Shown here in pieces: positions 1 through 12,961 of a stretch of 64,000 nucleotides of DNA; the first letter of the stretch is position 1; the number at the start of each line of letters is the position of its first letter. The stretch lies in the NCBI GenBank assembly GCA_964016885.1, contig OZ024741.1, forward strand, positions 75,392,001 to 75,456,000, read 5' to 3'. A program made the translations under genes and the position numbers. The notes beneath the pieces are model-generated. The model made no database searches and was not told the origin of the DNA. It saw nothing but the letters and a program-made list of their open reading frames with translations. Origin of the DNA: Eledone cirrhosa (lineage: Eukaryota).

Positions 1-74
1 GAATGTGGTAAATTAGTTAGTTTGCATAAATGCCAGTGAATCACCTTTCCTATTATATTGTGCCTCCAACCTTT

Positions 75-925
75 ATTATTATTATTATTGTTGGTGTTGT
101 TGTTGTTGTTGTTGTTGCTGTTGATGTTGTTGTTGTTGTTGTTTTTATTGTTTTTCCTTTTCCTTCAGTATTGTTTCTGATATATGTTGAGTATCTTCCT
201 GACACCTAAGGCAAATAAATACACTGTATACATTGGTAAGCCAGTTAACAGATCACATTGATTATAATTTACAGCTTAAAAAAAAAATATATATATATAT
301 ACATACACATACATATATATATACACACACACACACATATACATATTTACATACACATATACACACACACACATATATATATATATACACACACACAAAC
401 ACATATATATATACATACACATATATACATACATATACATAAACATATATATATATATACACATACACATGTACACATACATATATACTCACACAAACAT
501 ATACATACATACACACATATACACATCCACACACATACACTCATATAGACACAAACATATACACATTTATATATATACATATATACACACACAAATACAA
601 ATAGATAACCATACACATATATACACATCCATATGCATATATACACATACATATGCATAAAAGATATCCATGCATGCACACACACGCATACACTATTATT
701 ATTGTTATTGTTCGTGTTATTATTATTATTGTTGTTGTTGTTGTTGTTATTATTATTATTATTCATAGCTTCAGTGCTCTTTTCATTCATTTATATGCAC
801 ATGTGCATATATATATACATATGTGTGTGTACCTTGTATATGTATGTATATATATATATATATTCCAACCCTTGCAAGCAGGGAAAAGCGATATAAAATG
901 ATGATGATGATGATGATGATATATA
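75..925. repeat. Compound microsatellite/low-complexity tract ((TTA)n,(TTG)n,(TA/CA)n,(GAT)n) including a short RTE 3' end at ~864-920
   Basis: Visible simple repeats; the overlapping ORFs are YIYI/HTHT artefacts; ccaacccttgcaagcagggaaaagcg-(GAT)n matches the RTE tails elsewhere in the window. Confidence 0.9.
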
Positions 926-1079
926 GTTACTAAACATTTATTTTACTTTTTATCTCTGATAAATTTTAATTATGTCTTTAGGCATCCATAAATTTTAACA
1001 TTTTCCCAACAATTTTTGAATGCTATTGTTTATATTTTTTGCTCTTCCTCTAAAATTCATGGGCATATAAGGTACATAT

Positions 1080-1213
1080 TGTTATGGCCCTTGTCATTCT
1101 GAGTTCAACTCCCACCGATGTTAACTTTGCCTTTCATCCTTATGGGGTCGATAAAATAAAGTACCAGTAATGCACTGGGTATTTGCTGGCCTTGTGACAA
1201 ATGTAAAAACAAT
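1080..1213 (+). mobile_element. 5'-truncated tRNA-derived SINE (family A)
   Basis: B-box gagttcaactc, central ctttgcctttcatcc...ggggtcgataaaataaagtaccag, 3' ggccttgtg...aaacaatt, as in the full copies. Confidence 0.85.
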
Positions 1214-1221
1214 TATTTGTA

Positions 1222-1276
1222 TTTAATTGATTCTGATGAGATTATTCCAACAGGAAACGGTCATAAATCAATTAAA
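1222..1276 (+). ncRNA. Degenerate minimal type I hammerhead ribozyme motif (PLE tail)
   Basis: Perfect 11-bp stem I (TTTAATTGATT/AATCAATTAAA) enclosing CTGATGA...GAAA-CGGTCA-TA; stem II poorly paired; module ends in (TA)n at ~1312. Confidence 0.6.
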
Positions 1277-1479
1277 CAATTTAATTATAAACCTTGTTCA
1301 TCTCTATTCTTTATATATATATATGCTCCGTGAGATTGTAACATTACTGTGATTGGAAATTTACCGATTGGATTAAGTTCTGAATTACTGTGGATATAAA
1401 ATCACTTTCAGCTTTAAAATGTTCTTTACTTTTATATGGCTGTATGATGAACTCATTTAAACTTGTTTATATATAACAT

Positions 1480-2945
1480 TATCATCCTCATCATCATTAT
1501 TCCTGTTAATGTCCATTTTCCACACTAGCATGGGTTAGACTAGTTGTCCTGTTGCAAGACAAGCCAGATTAGATGACTGTATCTTGCTCATACAGAACTT
1601 ATTTTGGCTTGGTTTCTACAGATGGTTGCTCTTCCTAATGCCCACCACATTTACAGTGTGTAATGGGTGCTTTTTGTCATGACACCTACACAACCACTTT
1701 TCAATGTGAAATGGACACTTTTTGTCATGGCACCGAAAAGAACACTTTGCAGTGTGGACTGAAGCTGTGGTCGAGAATGTGTGTGGGGATTGAAGAGGTA
1801 GATCTAGGGAAGGACACTTATCCGGTGTGAGGAGGGGGTAGGGACTTGAGTGAAGGGTGGGGTATTAGGACATGGTTTATGGAAGGAGGAGGGGAAGGTA
1901 GGGAAAGTGGTGCATACTAGATGTATGCTTCAACTTGTGCACATGGGAAGGCAGGTCTTCTGTATTACTGCATAATGCCAGAGATATCAATCCTGTGTCA
2001 TCGTCTTTGAGAAATGCAATTGTGCAGGTCAGCCTTTATCACTCCATCCCAAGTCTTCCTATGTCTTCCATATACCACCTTTTTATGCAGCTGTCATCCT
2101 TCATACACATCACATGTCCATACTAATGCAATCTCCTCTCCTGCACACTGCATCTTATTTCCAGTTGGTCACCTTTGCCCATATAGCAGTTGGTGATGAT
2201 GCAGCTATGCCAGTCATTGGGTATGGCACCATTTTATATTACTTGGTTTACAATTGGAGTGGTTATAATGTGTTCAACTATCCCAGATGCTTTCAGCATC
2301 TCAGCAACTATACCCAATGGCACCACTGCTTTGCCTGTTTTGTGTCCTCAATTGCCTTACTTTCTACACTGCAGCTGACTTGCATCACTGGTCCCTCTAT
2401 ATGGTCCACGTGGAGCAGGCTATCTCCCTCCCACACATTCTCCTCATTCATCAGTCTCCCATAATGTCACTTCCATCCTACCTTCTTTTCAGTTTCTTTT
2501 TGATGAGGACAAGTGCACCATTGTCATCCTGGATACGCTTCTCCCCTACAACATCACTATTTTCCCCGACACACTACCTCGCGATCCTTAACACCTCACA
2601 TCCTCACATCCTCACATCCTTGGTCTTCACATTGCATAACATGCATAAACTCTTTACTTTTTGCTTCCCTCCTTGCAAAGTATACTTGTCACCTCACCAC
2701 TCTCCTGGCCACTTGGTAAAGTTCTCTGCTACCTTCCTTTTGCCATTCTTTCTATGCTTGTCTCTTGACCTTAATTCTCTCATCCACCCTACTATTCCAC
2801 CACTAAGTCACTTTCTTACTCCATGCCCCTATGCTTCAGCTACCTACTTCAACTGTGGCCTTCAATATATTGTCTCGCAGGAACTCCCACTGCTGCTTTG
2901 TATTGTATGTCGTTATTTCTTCCTTATTGTCAAAAGTTTCAAGTA
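1480..2945 (-). mobile_element. Degenerate, internally deleted RTE LINE
   Basis: Reverse strand resembles the RTE linker/RT start (2170-2940), C-terminus and 3' UTR, ending in an (ATC)n tail at ~1480. Confidence 0.8.
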
Positions 2946-3602
2946 AGATATTCCTAAAGTTGTTACAGGCTCAGGGCTCCTTCATCTTCCATATCATTCT
3001 CCTCCAAGTAGCCCTATGTCTAGCCCTAATTAGCAAGTTGCTGACTACTAGGTTATGTTGGGTGGTGCATTCCTCACCAGGGAGGGACTTTGTGTTTACA
3101 ATCATCACTCTATCTCACTTTCTGGTGCTCATCTGATCTATATATCACCATTATCATCATTATTTAAGGTCTAATTTCCCTACTAGCAAGTGTTGGATAT
3201 GTCTATCAGAGCTACTGACCTCGCAGATGGGCTGGGGGGGGGGCTTCTGCGTGAGAAATATTGGTAGAAGATAGTCATTAATTGGTAGAGGTCATATGTT
3301 GGATTTGACAGTCAGTGACACAGATTTTCTTGTTTCACATGGAGAAATGCCGTGCCTAGTGGTGCCAACTGGTCTACATCATGTTTAAGTGAGCTGGTTA
3401 GTGACAACATTTGAGGATATGTATATATATGCTGGTACTGTTTCATATTACATGATCGACAGTCTAGCATGTGGTCCACTGTTGGGTGCTCATATGCACT
3501 GTCATAATCTTCTCTCCTGCATACTACATTTGATTCTGCTTATACTCAACTTTTCACTCAGTTCATTAGTGCTCTGTTCACATACTATACATGTACAATA
3601 AT

Positions 3603-3770
3603 TGTTTCTACTTTAGGCACAAGGCCAGCAATTTGAACGGGTGGTGAAAGTTGACCCCACTGCATCACCGTGCTTTATTTATCAACCCCGTAAGGATGAA
3701 AGGCAAAGCTAAACTTGGTGAGATTTTAACTCAAAATGTAAAGGGCCATAATTCTATGCTGCAAAGATGG
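3603..3770 (-). mobile_element. tRNA-derived SINE (family A), degenerate
   Basis: tgtttctactttaggcacaaggccagc...ccccgtaaggatgaaaggcaaag is the reverse complement of the family A 3' and central regions. Confidence 0.8.
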
Positions 3771-4724
3771 CAATAGCATTGAATGTATATAATTTTAAAA
3801 ATCCAAGATTGATATGCCATATATACTAGGATCGCTGGATATATGAATAGTTATATAAACTGGGAAATTTGGGTTTTGATAAATGAATTAAAGAAAACCT
3901 ATAGTTTATATTGATTACTGACATGTAGAAGTTATTAAAAACAAAAAGGATATTTACAGAAGAAAGCTCAAATCATTCAAAAGAGGGTAATAGCCCAGAA
4001 ATATCACGCCATAATATATTTTGTTTTGTTCCATTTACCTTTCGTATTTTCTACTGCATTGTACCAGCTTTTAAAAAACTTATCGGTCTTTTACTGATAT
4101 TCTAATATGTTATTTCTAGGGTATAATTAGTTGTGTTCAGACCTAGAGAGCAGATTGTCTTCACCAGGTTTTCAAATGTGGAATACAGCTGATTTCTTCC
4201 AGAGAAGTAGAGAGAGAGGGTGGAGTGGAGTGGAGTAGTAGAGAGGAAGTGAGAAAGAGATATAAAGGAAAAATTGACTCCCAGTGCTGGTACTTTTTTA
4301 TTGACTTCAAATGATAAAGTTGACCTCAGCAGATTTTGAAATCAGAGTGCCAGAACAAATACCACAATGCATTCTATTCAACATCTTAATGACTGCCAAT
4401 TCACCACCTCATCTCAAACACATAACTTTAAAAAAAATAAATCTATTTTCAGTTTGTCAATGAACAGTTTGTCAATGAACATCAGTTTTAATGCTGAATT
4501 AACAAATAAAATGGAATATATAGAATGTTGAAAACTTAATCTTTTCCAAAGGTAAATTACAGGATTAATGTGAAACATATATTCTTTCTATTTATTTACT
4601 AATTGAATCAAAATATTGTTGGTAAATTTGTAGCTCTATATTAGCTTTGATCAAAGAAGTTGTTAAAATATGATTTTTTTTTTTTCTTTGCTATTTTCTT
4701 CATATGTGTGCTTGCTTATATATA

Positions 4725-4955
4725 TCAGACAGTCCACGCTGTAATGTGGCCGTGTAGGCAACACGGTAAAAACCTCCCAGCCCCACACTGTAAATGTGGT
4801 TGGTGTTAGGAAGGGCATCCAACTGTAGAAAACCCGCCAGACAGTCCTATGCGAGCAAGACAACCACTCTTGCCTCAAGTGGGAAAACCCCCGTCCAAAC
4901 CCATGCAAGCGTGGAACACGGACGCTAAACCTGATGATGATGATGATGATGATGA

Positions 4956-4958
<3 letters not shown>
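4725..4958 (+). mobile_element. RTE LINE 3' UTR fragment with (GAT)n tail
   Basis: Near-identical to the 3' UTRs at 17530-17718 and 40325-40545. Confidence 0.9.
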
Positions 4959-4988
<30 letters not shown>

Positions 4989-4991
<3 letters not shown>

Positions 4992-5546
4992 TCATCATTT
5001 TGCGTCTGCTTTTACCTGCTTGCAAGGGTGGGACAGGTCCTATTCAGCACAGCATCTCTCCACTTGTCACGGTCCTTCGTCATCTCCTCTGCGAGCTTCA
5101 GCGATCTGAGGTCCGCTCTCACCACCTCCACCCATGTTTTTCGGTTTTCCTCTACTGCATCTTCCTTCTACTGGCATTTCTTGTCACTTCTTTACCCAGC
5201 GGTCATCCTACCTGTGCATCACATGTCCATACCATCGCAGTCTTCTCTCCCGCACACTATAACTTATCCCTCTTATACACAGTTTCTCTCTCAACTCATC
5301 CATGCTTGGTCGTTCACGTACATTGACATTACACATCGAACGGAGCAAGCTTGCTTCATTTCTCTCCAGCCGTCGCATATCCTTGCAGTTGCTGCCAATG
5401 TCTCACTACCATGCAGCATCGCGCATCTCACATAGGCATCATATAACCGGCCTTTCGTACACAGGGATAAACCCTTCTTTGTCAGCAGAGGAAGCAGCTC
5501 CCTAAACTTCTTCCAACCCCTCCTTATTCTAGGTACTATGGCCTCA
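4989..5546 (-). mobile_element. 5'-truncated RTE LINE (second subfamily)
   Basis: Reverse translation gives WKKFRELLPLL/MLHGSETL/ERNEASLLRSMC/RLRWYGHV; (ATC)n tail; (TA)n at both ends. Confidence 0.88.
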
Positions 5547-5980
5547 TATATATATATATATATATATACGTGTTTATATATGTGTGCATATGTGTGTCTG
5601 TGTGATTATATATGAGCATGTGTTTATGGTAATCTACATTATAAATGCACCCAGTATACTCTGTAACGTGGATAGTGATATAAAGGGCACCCAGCCATAA
5701 AAAACCTGCCAAAGAAAGTATTGGGAGGATTCTTCATGCACAACTTCCCTAGTGTTGGTACCGTGATAAAATGCACTAGGTAGAGCATGGGAACATATGT
5801 AATCAAAGTTCATGCTCTCTGAAGAAAACAATAGGGAGGGTTAACTGAAGGCAAGGAGTGGTGAGGGAAGAAAGGAAGCACAGTATACAAGTTAATAATT
5901 GCCTGTAAAACTGTTACGTTTAAACGGAAAAAATGAAACGAAATTTCATTTCTCACTCTTAGTACGGCTGTTACTTAAAT

Positions 5981-6541
5981 ATAAGTATGTATACGTACAT
6001 ACATATATGTATACAGACGTACAGTAGTATGTATATATATATACATACATGCACACATATATATATGTACGTATGGATTCACCGAACATTTATTATAATG
6101 CTCGGTGTGTTTGTAAACAAACATCCCGAATTAAACCGTACAGTGTCTAGCAGCCATCGTTGCTCATTTGTTCAACACTGACAAAGGAACGCTGTACTAG
6201 TTTCAAGCTTATTAGCTATCGTCAGCAACGTATACCTTGCTGCCAGATGGTTGAAAGTCTGAAAGTATATACTTTCCTTATTCATATTAACGGCTGAGCA
6301 GCCTAATTTGCATATCGAGTGAGTTATTGGCCGGGGTACCGAAAACGATAAACGTGTTTACAAACACACCGAGCATTATAATAAATCTTCGGTGAATCCA
6401 TACGTACATATATATATATGTGCATGCATGTATATATATATATACATACTACTGTACGTCTGTATACATATATGTATGTACATATATGTATACATATATG
6501 TACGTCTGTATTCATATATGTATGTACGTATACATACTTAT
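5981..6541. repeat. Long inverted repeat (arms ~5981-6118 and ~6356-6541) enclosing a hammerhead motif; fold-back PLE-tail module
   Basis: gtacgtatggattcaccgaa...tgtttgtaaac is the reverse complement of gtttacaaacacaccgag...gaatccatacgtac. Confidence 0.85.
6189..6231 (-). ncRNA. Minimal type I hammerhead ribozyme, apparently intact
   Basis: Minus strand ACGTTG-CTGACGA-T-AGCT-AATA-AGCT-T-GAAA-CTAG-TA-CAGCGT: stem I of 6 bp, CUGANGA and GAAA cores, stem II, palindromic stem III, GUA cleavage triplet. Confidence 0.8.
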
Positions 6542-7639
6542 GTTACATTTAGTTATCCTATAAATAATTTAAATTTTAAAAAAGCTATTAAAATATAATT
6601 TTCAAAGTAAAATCTTTGATCAACTTTACAGTAGGAGTGTTGAGGAAGTATATTCTCTACAAGAGGGTGATAGTTCAAAGTCTTTGGGGAAAATCTGTTT
6701 TAAACTATTGGAAACATTTGTCTTTCCAGTGAAGCTATATCAATCTTATTAAAACTTCTTGCAGTTATCTGTTTTTCTCCACTATTTTCTCATTGTAACA
6801 CATAATTAATTTAAACTGTATAATTCTAATATGAAATTTTAAAAAATGGTCTGTTTTCCAATTCAACATAGTAGTAAATCATTAGAAGGAAGTAAATACT
6901 AAAACACTATCCCAAATAATTGTTTCTACTTTTGGTACAAGGCCACGCAACTACCCAGTGTATTACTGGTACTTTATTTTATCGACCCCGTAAGGATGGA
7001 ATATTGCATTAATAAATTATTACCTGTAATTAATCGCTGAATCATAATTCCTTCAGAATTATATATATAAGCCATTGTTTTATAGATGGAATAAGTGATA
7101 GTTGGTTTATTTATCAAACTTTAATGAAGCTATATTTGTGGATTATATATATGTGTGTGTATGTTTTATTTTCTACTACAAAATTGGCATTTACAACAGG
7201 AATTTCATTATTTTAAACTAATTATGTTATATAATCAGCCTATCAACACATTTTAAGGTAGCTGTATTGGAAAGTAGTTATATAACATAATTGGCTGAAA
7301 ATAATGAAACACATAGTAAATGGTTATTTTGTGATAGAAAATAAAATATACTCTCAGATTGAGTTTTCTCCACAAATTTGGATATTCTAAACCCCTACTC
7401 TGCCTCCCCTCTCTCTCCACATACAAATATTCAGTACAATGTTATCTTATTTTCTACTAGCCTGCATTAACCAGCATTCATCCATCTTATATTGTCTGTG
7501 AGCTCAAGTTAACAATGGAGATTATAGCCTCACTATATGGATTTTACATTTTGATATAGAACCCCATCAACATTTACTTTTCTATTCATCCTCTTGTCAG
7601 TGAGAAGTAAGAAAAATTTAACATTGCAGCAAAAAATGT

Positions 7640-8015
7640 CATGAATGAAAGCCACAGGAAAGACAGTCACAGAAAGAGGAGTTACAAAAAAAAAAAGAAA
7701 AAAAAGAAACACAGAAAAAGCTGTGCTCCCTTAAATAAGTTACAAAATAAAAAAGAAATCACAGAAAAAAATTGCTGGAAAAAACATGATAATAAAAGGA
7801 ATTACAGAAAAAATTCATAGGAAAAAATCTAATTGAAACAATTCACAGGAAAAAATGTCACATAAAAAACAAGTCACAAAAAAAGGTACATTTTTTCCTA
7901 TCATATTTTTTTTGTGTTCTTTAAGAACACAAAATAAAAATATGACATGAAAAAATATCACAGAAAAATGTCATGGGGGAGTGGAAATGTCAAGAAAAAG
8001 TCACAAAGGAAGGAA
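7640..8015. repeat. Degenerate A-rich minisatellite (AAAAAGTCACAG-like units)
   Basis: Recurrent gtcacag/ttacag/tcacag separated by A-runs at roughly 17-22 bp spacing. Confidence 0.6.
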
Positions 8016-8557
8016 AACTTCAATATATAATTGATTTAATGTTTAATCTTTTGCTTCATTACTATAATTTGTTGCCTAAAACTTAATTTGTTTTTTTCAG
8101 ATATGTCTAATATTGTCATATATTGCCATTTAACCCTTTTGATGCAACCTACTCCAAACTGCCTCTCGTTTATTCAAATGGAATCACCTATTTTAAAAGA
8201 GTGCTATTTAAATAAATACCTTTCAAAAACCTTTTTTTATATAAGAATCATATGTTATGTTACTATATAAGTAATGAAATGAATAAGAATATTAGTAAAT
8301 CTCTCCAAATTCTTCATTAGTTGATTAAAATATAGTGTATTTCATTAGAAATACAGTCATGAAAAGGTTAATAAGTGACTTTAAAATATGTATTTAATCC
8401 CGTTAACCCTGGTCACCATCACCACCACACTTCATTTCCTTTCTATTAAAAAAAGGGGTCCTAAGTACAAAATATCATGAAATGTAAGGTAAAAGTACAA
8501 ACTGTAGTCTTGTGTTTGTCTTTCTTTACTCATGGTTTTGCTCCTTTATTTTTCCAC

Positions 8558-9290
8558 AATCATCATCATCATCATCATCATCGTTTAACACCTATCTTCC
8601 AAGCTAGCATGAGTTTAGACAAGAATTGTCCCACTTGAGGCAAGATTGGTCGTCTCGCTTGTATGGGACTATCTGGCAGGTTTTCTACGGCTAGATGCTC
8701 TTCCTAACACCAACCACGTTTACAGTGTGGACTGGGAGGTTTTTACCATGTTACCTACACGGCCACGTGGACTGTGTTTTTTTGTTGTGACACCTACACG
8801 ATTTCATTTATTTAGGACTGGATGTTGTGGTACCAACATAACTTTACAGAGAAAGGGGTGGTGTTGATGGGGGTAGGGTAGGGGAGTTGGGGGTAGGGTG
8901 GGGAGTTGAGGTAGTGGGAGGAGGGGTGTATATTTAATTAAGAGGTGCCTACTGACAAACACAAGACTACAGTTTGTACTTTTACCTTACATTTCATGAT
9001 ATTTTGTAGACAGGTTTTCTGTATTACTGTGTAGTGCCAAAGATCTTGGTCCAGTGACATTGTCTTAGAGAGGTGTAAGTGTGTAAGGTCGGAATTTATC
9101 AAATCGTCCCAGGTTTTTCTGGGTCTGCCTACTCCGTAACTTCCATCAATTTTGATCACTCTGAACTTTTTTATACAGCTGTTGTCTTTCATGTGCATCA
9201 CGTGACCATACCAACATAGTCTTCTCACGAGTAAACAGCATCTGATGCCTCTTATACCTAATTTCTCACTTAGTTCATTTATGCTTCATA
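8558..9290 (-). mobile_element. RTE LINE 3' fragment
   Basis: ORF 8938-9228 RRLCWYGHVMHMKDNSCIKK...GRPRKTW; 3' UTR and (ATC)n tail. Confidence 0.9.
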
Positions 9291-9294
9291 TAAA

Positions 9295-10380
9295 CTGAAA
9301 AATTCAAGGTACAGGTAGGAGTTCATCAGGGTTCAGTTCTCAGCCCAATTCTGTTCAGTTTCATTCTCCAGGCCATAACAGAGGAGTTTAAGTCTGGCTG
9401 TACATGGGAACTTCTTTATGCAGATGATCTGGTTCTCATAGCTTAATCCATAGAAGAACTAGAAAATAAGTTCCGACTGTGGAAACAGAATTTACAATCA
9501 AAAGGGATGAGAGTAAATTTAGCCAAAACTAAAGTGCTTGTGAGTAGGAAAGAAGATAGGACCCTGATTCCTTCAGGAAAATGGCCCTGCTCAATATAAA
9601 GAAAAGGAGTAGGCAGAAACTATATATGATGCAAATCTTGGGTACACATGAGGTGTTGTGGGATAGCAGTCAGACTAACAGGAAAGGAAGACTTTGTATA
9701 TACTAGATGCACAGGAGTAATCAATGGGAAGAATGTCAGTGATACAAGTTTTTTCCAATCATATGAAGGATCCATGGAAGTGGTTGATAACTTCTACTAC
9801 GTAGGTGATCTAATTAGCTGTGGAAGAGGGTGTTCCAGAAGCAAAGTAGCAAGAATAAGGATAGCATGGAAGAATTTAGAGAGCTACTCCCTCTGTTGTC
9901 AACAAAATTTTTCTCCCTATGAATGAAAGTGTGCTAAGTATGATGCTACATGATAGTGAAACATGGACAGTGACAGCAGAGGATATGCGTGGGCTGGAGA
10001 GAAATGATGCACCAGGCTTTGAAGGATGTGTAATGTAAATGCGAGAGAATGGCTGTGCTTGGATGAATTGATTTGTAGAAACTGGCTTTAAGAAGAATTA
10101 GAAGTGCTTTAAGAAGAATTAGAAGTGCTGTACAAGACTTATGATGTGTATGGATGAGGATCACAAAGTGAAGAAGTGCCAGGAAATCCCAGTAGAAGGA
10201 AGCCGCAGTCAAGATAGACCATGGATGATCTGGGCAGAGGTGGTGAGAGCTGATCTTGAATCGCTAAAACTCATAGAGGAGATAACTTTGGAATAAAATG
10301 AGTGTAGGGATATGCTGAAAAGGACCCATCCAACCCATACAAACATGGAAAAGATGGATATAAAAACAATGATGCTGATA
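9295..10380 (+). mobile_element. Degenerate RTE LINE (RT C-half to 3' end)
   Basis: VGVHQGSVLSP, WELLYADDL, SGKWPCS, RIRIAWK motifs with stops and frameshifts. Confidence 0.88.
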
Positions 10381-10384
10381 TATA

Positions 10385-10850
10385 TAAGGTTTCTCCCTAC
10401 GAATGAAAAGTCAGCTATATTATGCCTGTCTACAATGTGTAATGCTTAATGGTAGTAAAACTGTAGAGAAATGAAGAGAGCATGCTTCATTGAATTTGCA
10501 ATGTTAATGTGTGTCAACAACAAAGCATGGCTGAATTGAGAGAGAAACTGGGTATAAGAGGAATTAGATGCTGTGGACAGGAGAGAAGACTGCACTAGTA
10601 TGGGCATGTAATGCACATAGATGATGAGCAACGAATGAAGAAATTCCAAGAAATTCCAGTGGAAGAAAGTAATAGTAGAGGAACACCAAGGAAAACCTGG
10701 GTGGAAGTCATGAGAGCTGATCTCAAATTGTTGATGCTGATGGTAGAGATGACAAAGCATTGTGATGAGTGGAGAGATTCTGTTCTGAAAAGGACCTGTC
10801 CAACCTATGCAAACATGGAACAGCAGATGTAAAATAATGATGAAGATGAT
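10385..10850 (+). mobile_element. RTE LINE 3' fragment
   Basis: ORF 10611-10832 ...RGTPRKTWVEVMRADLK; (GAT)n-like tail. Confidence 0.85.
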
Positions 10851-10998
10851 AGTATATATATATTAATTTCTACTGAGTACTGTGGAAGTGAGGTAGTTTA
10901 TCTTTCATGCATTAGAAAGGTGATACAATAACCTGACAAAGAATACCAGCAATAACAACAAAATTTGTAACTATTAACTATTATTTCAATGTTGAATA

Positions 10999-11184
10999 GC
11001 GGCGGATTGGCAGTATCGGTAGAGGGCTGGATGTCATGCTTTGCAGCAAAGAGTTACAGCCCTTTATGGTCTGAGTTCAAATCTTTCCAAGGTTAACTTT
11101 GCCTTTCATCCTTACGAGGTCGATAAAATAAAGTACCAGTAATACACTGGGATAATTGCTGGCCTTGTGCCAAAAGTAGAAACA
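10999..11184 (+). mobile_element. Full-length tRNA-derived SINE (family A) with 19-bp TSD
   Basis: A-box tggcagtatcgg, B-box gagttcaaatc; TSD attatttcaatgttgaata at 10980-10998 and 11185-11203; central domain resembles Meta-SINEs (from memory). Confidence 0.93.
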
Positions 11185-11511
11185 ATTATTTCAATGTTGA
11201 ATAAACTATAATACTATTTTCATTTTTTGAATGAAAACAAACAGAGAGTTGATTCTTTTCAGAACAGAGTAGTAAGAAATTAAATTGGAATGTATTGGTA
11301 ACCAATTTAATGTCTAAATATCTAAATATTTCATTAATGAGTCATTAGTTATAATTATGTAAAGAATCATAATTCCTCAAGAATTCTAAATCTCCAATTA
11401 AATCTTATATCTATGATGTAATTCTGTAATTGGTTTATATTTTGATAATTGTGTTAGCAGTTTAATTTAGCTATTTGGCTGAATTAATTTTCACCTATTA
11501 ATTATTTTTAG

Positions 11512-11940
11512 ATAGCAAATTGGCAGAGTTGTTCGAGTGTCAGATTAAATGCCTTGGTATTTGTTCCAAATCTCTGTGCCCTGATTTCTAATCCAACTGA
11601 GGTCAACTTTGCCTTTCATCCTTTCATGGGCCGGTAAAAAATGTACTTCTCAAGTACTTGGGCCAATTCATTTTCTGTCACTTTATCATGTCAATAAAAT
11701 TATTCCTGGAGAATTTCATATATACACATGCACTAATGGTGAAAACAGATTTGTGGCATGTGCATGCAGCTTTCCATCAGTATTGAGTGTAGACCAAAGA
11801 AGCTCTTCCTTCATAGATGTTGAATTAGCTGAGCCATTAGAGTGTAGATATTTGTTCTGGCTCTCTGGGCTCTGAGTTCAAATTCAGCCATGGTCAACCT
11901 TGCCCTTTATCCTTTCTGGGCTGATAATTAAAGCAGCTAT
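11512..11940 (+). mobile_element. Two degenerate SINE copies (~11512-11660 and ~11817-11940)
   Basis: A-box-like tggcagagttg/tagctgagcc, B-box-like and ctttgcctttcatcc motifs. Confidence 0.7.
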
Positions 11941-12064
11941 CTAGGTACAATGATTTAGTGCAATTGTTAAAAACTCAGGTGGGATGCTTTGCAGTATCTC
12001 TTCCAATCTGTCATCTCTGAATTCAAGTTATACCACTTGTCACTGAAAAGTGGTGATGCTTCTG

Positions 12065-12410
12065 TCAGTTGTTACTACCAGCAGATTGCATATTCCTTTT
12101 CCCAGCATGATGGCCCCTCATGGAAAATAATTGGCTTCAAACACCAACAGATAGTATACCCATTCCCCAGCTGACCAACATCTCATGGGAAGTAATTGGG
12201 CTAAAACACTTGAAGACAATATACCCTTTCCTCAACAGGCTTGCCTCTCATGGGAAGTAATTGACCTAAAAGACCAACAGGGAGTATACCCCTTTTTCAG
12301 CAGGCCGGCCTCTCATGGGAATTAATTGCCCTAAATGAGCAACAAATATTAAAAACTTTTCCAGTTAGCTGGCCTCTCATGAAAAGTAATGAGCCCTAAA
12401 AAAATGATTG
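12065..12410. repeat. Tandem repeat, ~60-62-bp unit, ~5-6 degenerate copies
   Basis: Recurrent (gg)cctctcatgggaagtaattg...ctaaaa...ccaacag...tatacccc. Confidence 0.85.
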
Positions 12411-12716
12411 ACTAGGAATATTTTGTACACTGCTGTATTAGGACATACTTTGCACAGCCCATTAGAATGACATTGTTAAATTTTCATTATTCTATCAAGT
12501 TTATATGTGAATTGGTTGGCTGTTGTTATCTTCTCCTCTGCCTGAATTAGGAATCGATTCCAGTTTTGAATGGGTTGTGTTATTTTCAAGACAGCTTGCT
12601 GTTTGGTTGGTTAAGTGTGCTTACAGCATTGTTTGGTGGTTAATGGCCTATATTTTTAATGACTGATGGAATTTTTCTTGGTTTTTGGAGATATTTAGAC
12701 AGGCTTTACTTCTTAC

Positions 12717-12866
<150 letters not shown>

Positions 12867-12961
12867 AAAAAGAGAGAGAGGTGAGAGAGTGAAAGAAAGT
12901 CTAGCTGCAAGGGACTCAAAGGAAATCTGAAAGAAATTAAAGCTTGCACATATATAATATA

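Noticed and set aside
233-901. Numerous ORFs rich in YI/HT/CV/ER (also ~12650-12960, 21700-22050, 37500-38670, 48840-49070, 50155-50382, 58900-59410)
   Set aside because: Translations of microsatellites
2287-2946. 219-aa ORF and other antisense ORFs over LINEs
   Set aside because: Shadow frames on the opposite strand of RTE coding sequence
4035-4160. Possible minus-strand exon ending GAAAG|gtaaat (DKFFKSWYNAVENTK)
   Set aside because: No adequate acceptor, and stops in all frames upstream
10999-11100. tRNA gene
   Set aside because: The A/B boxes belong to a SINE head with TSDs; no cloverleaf
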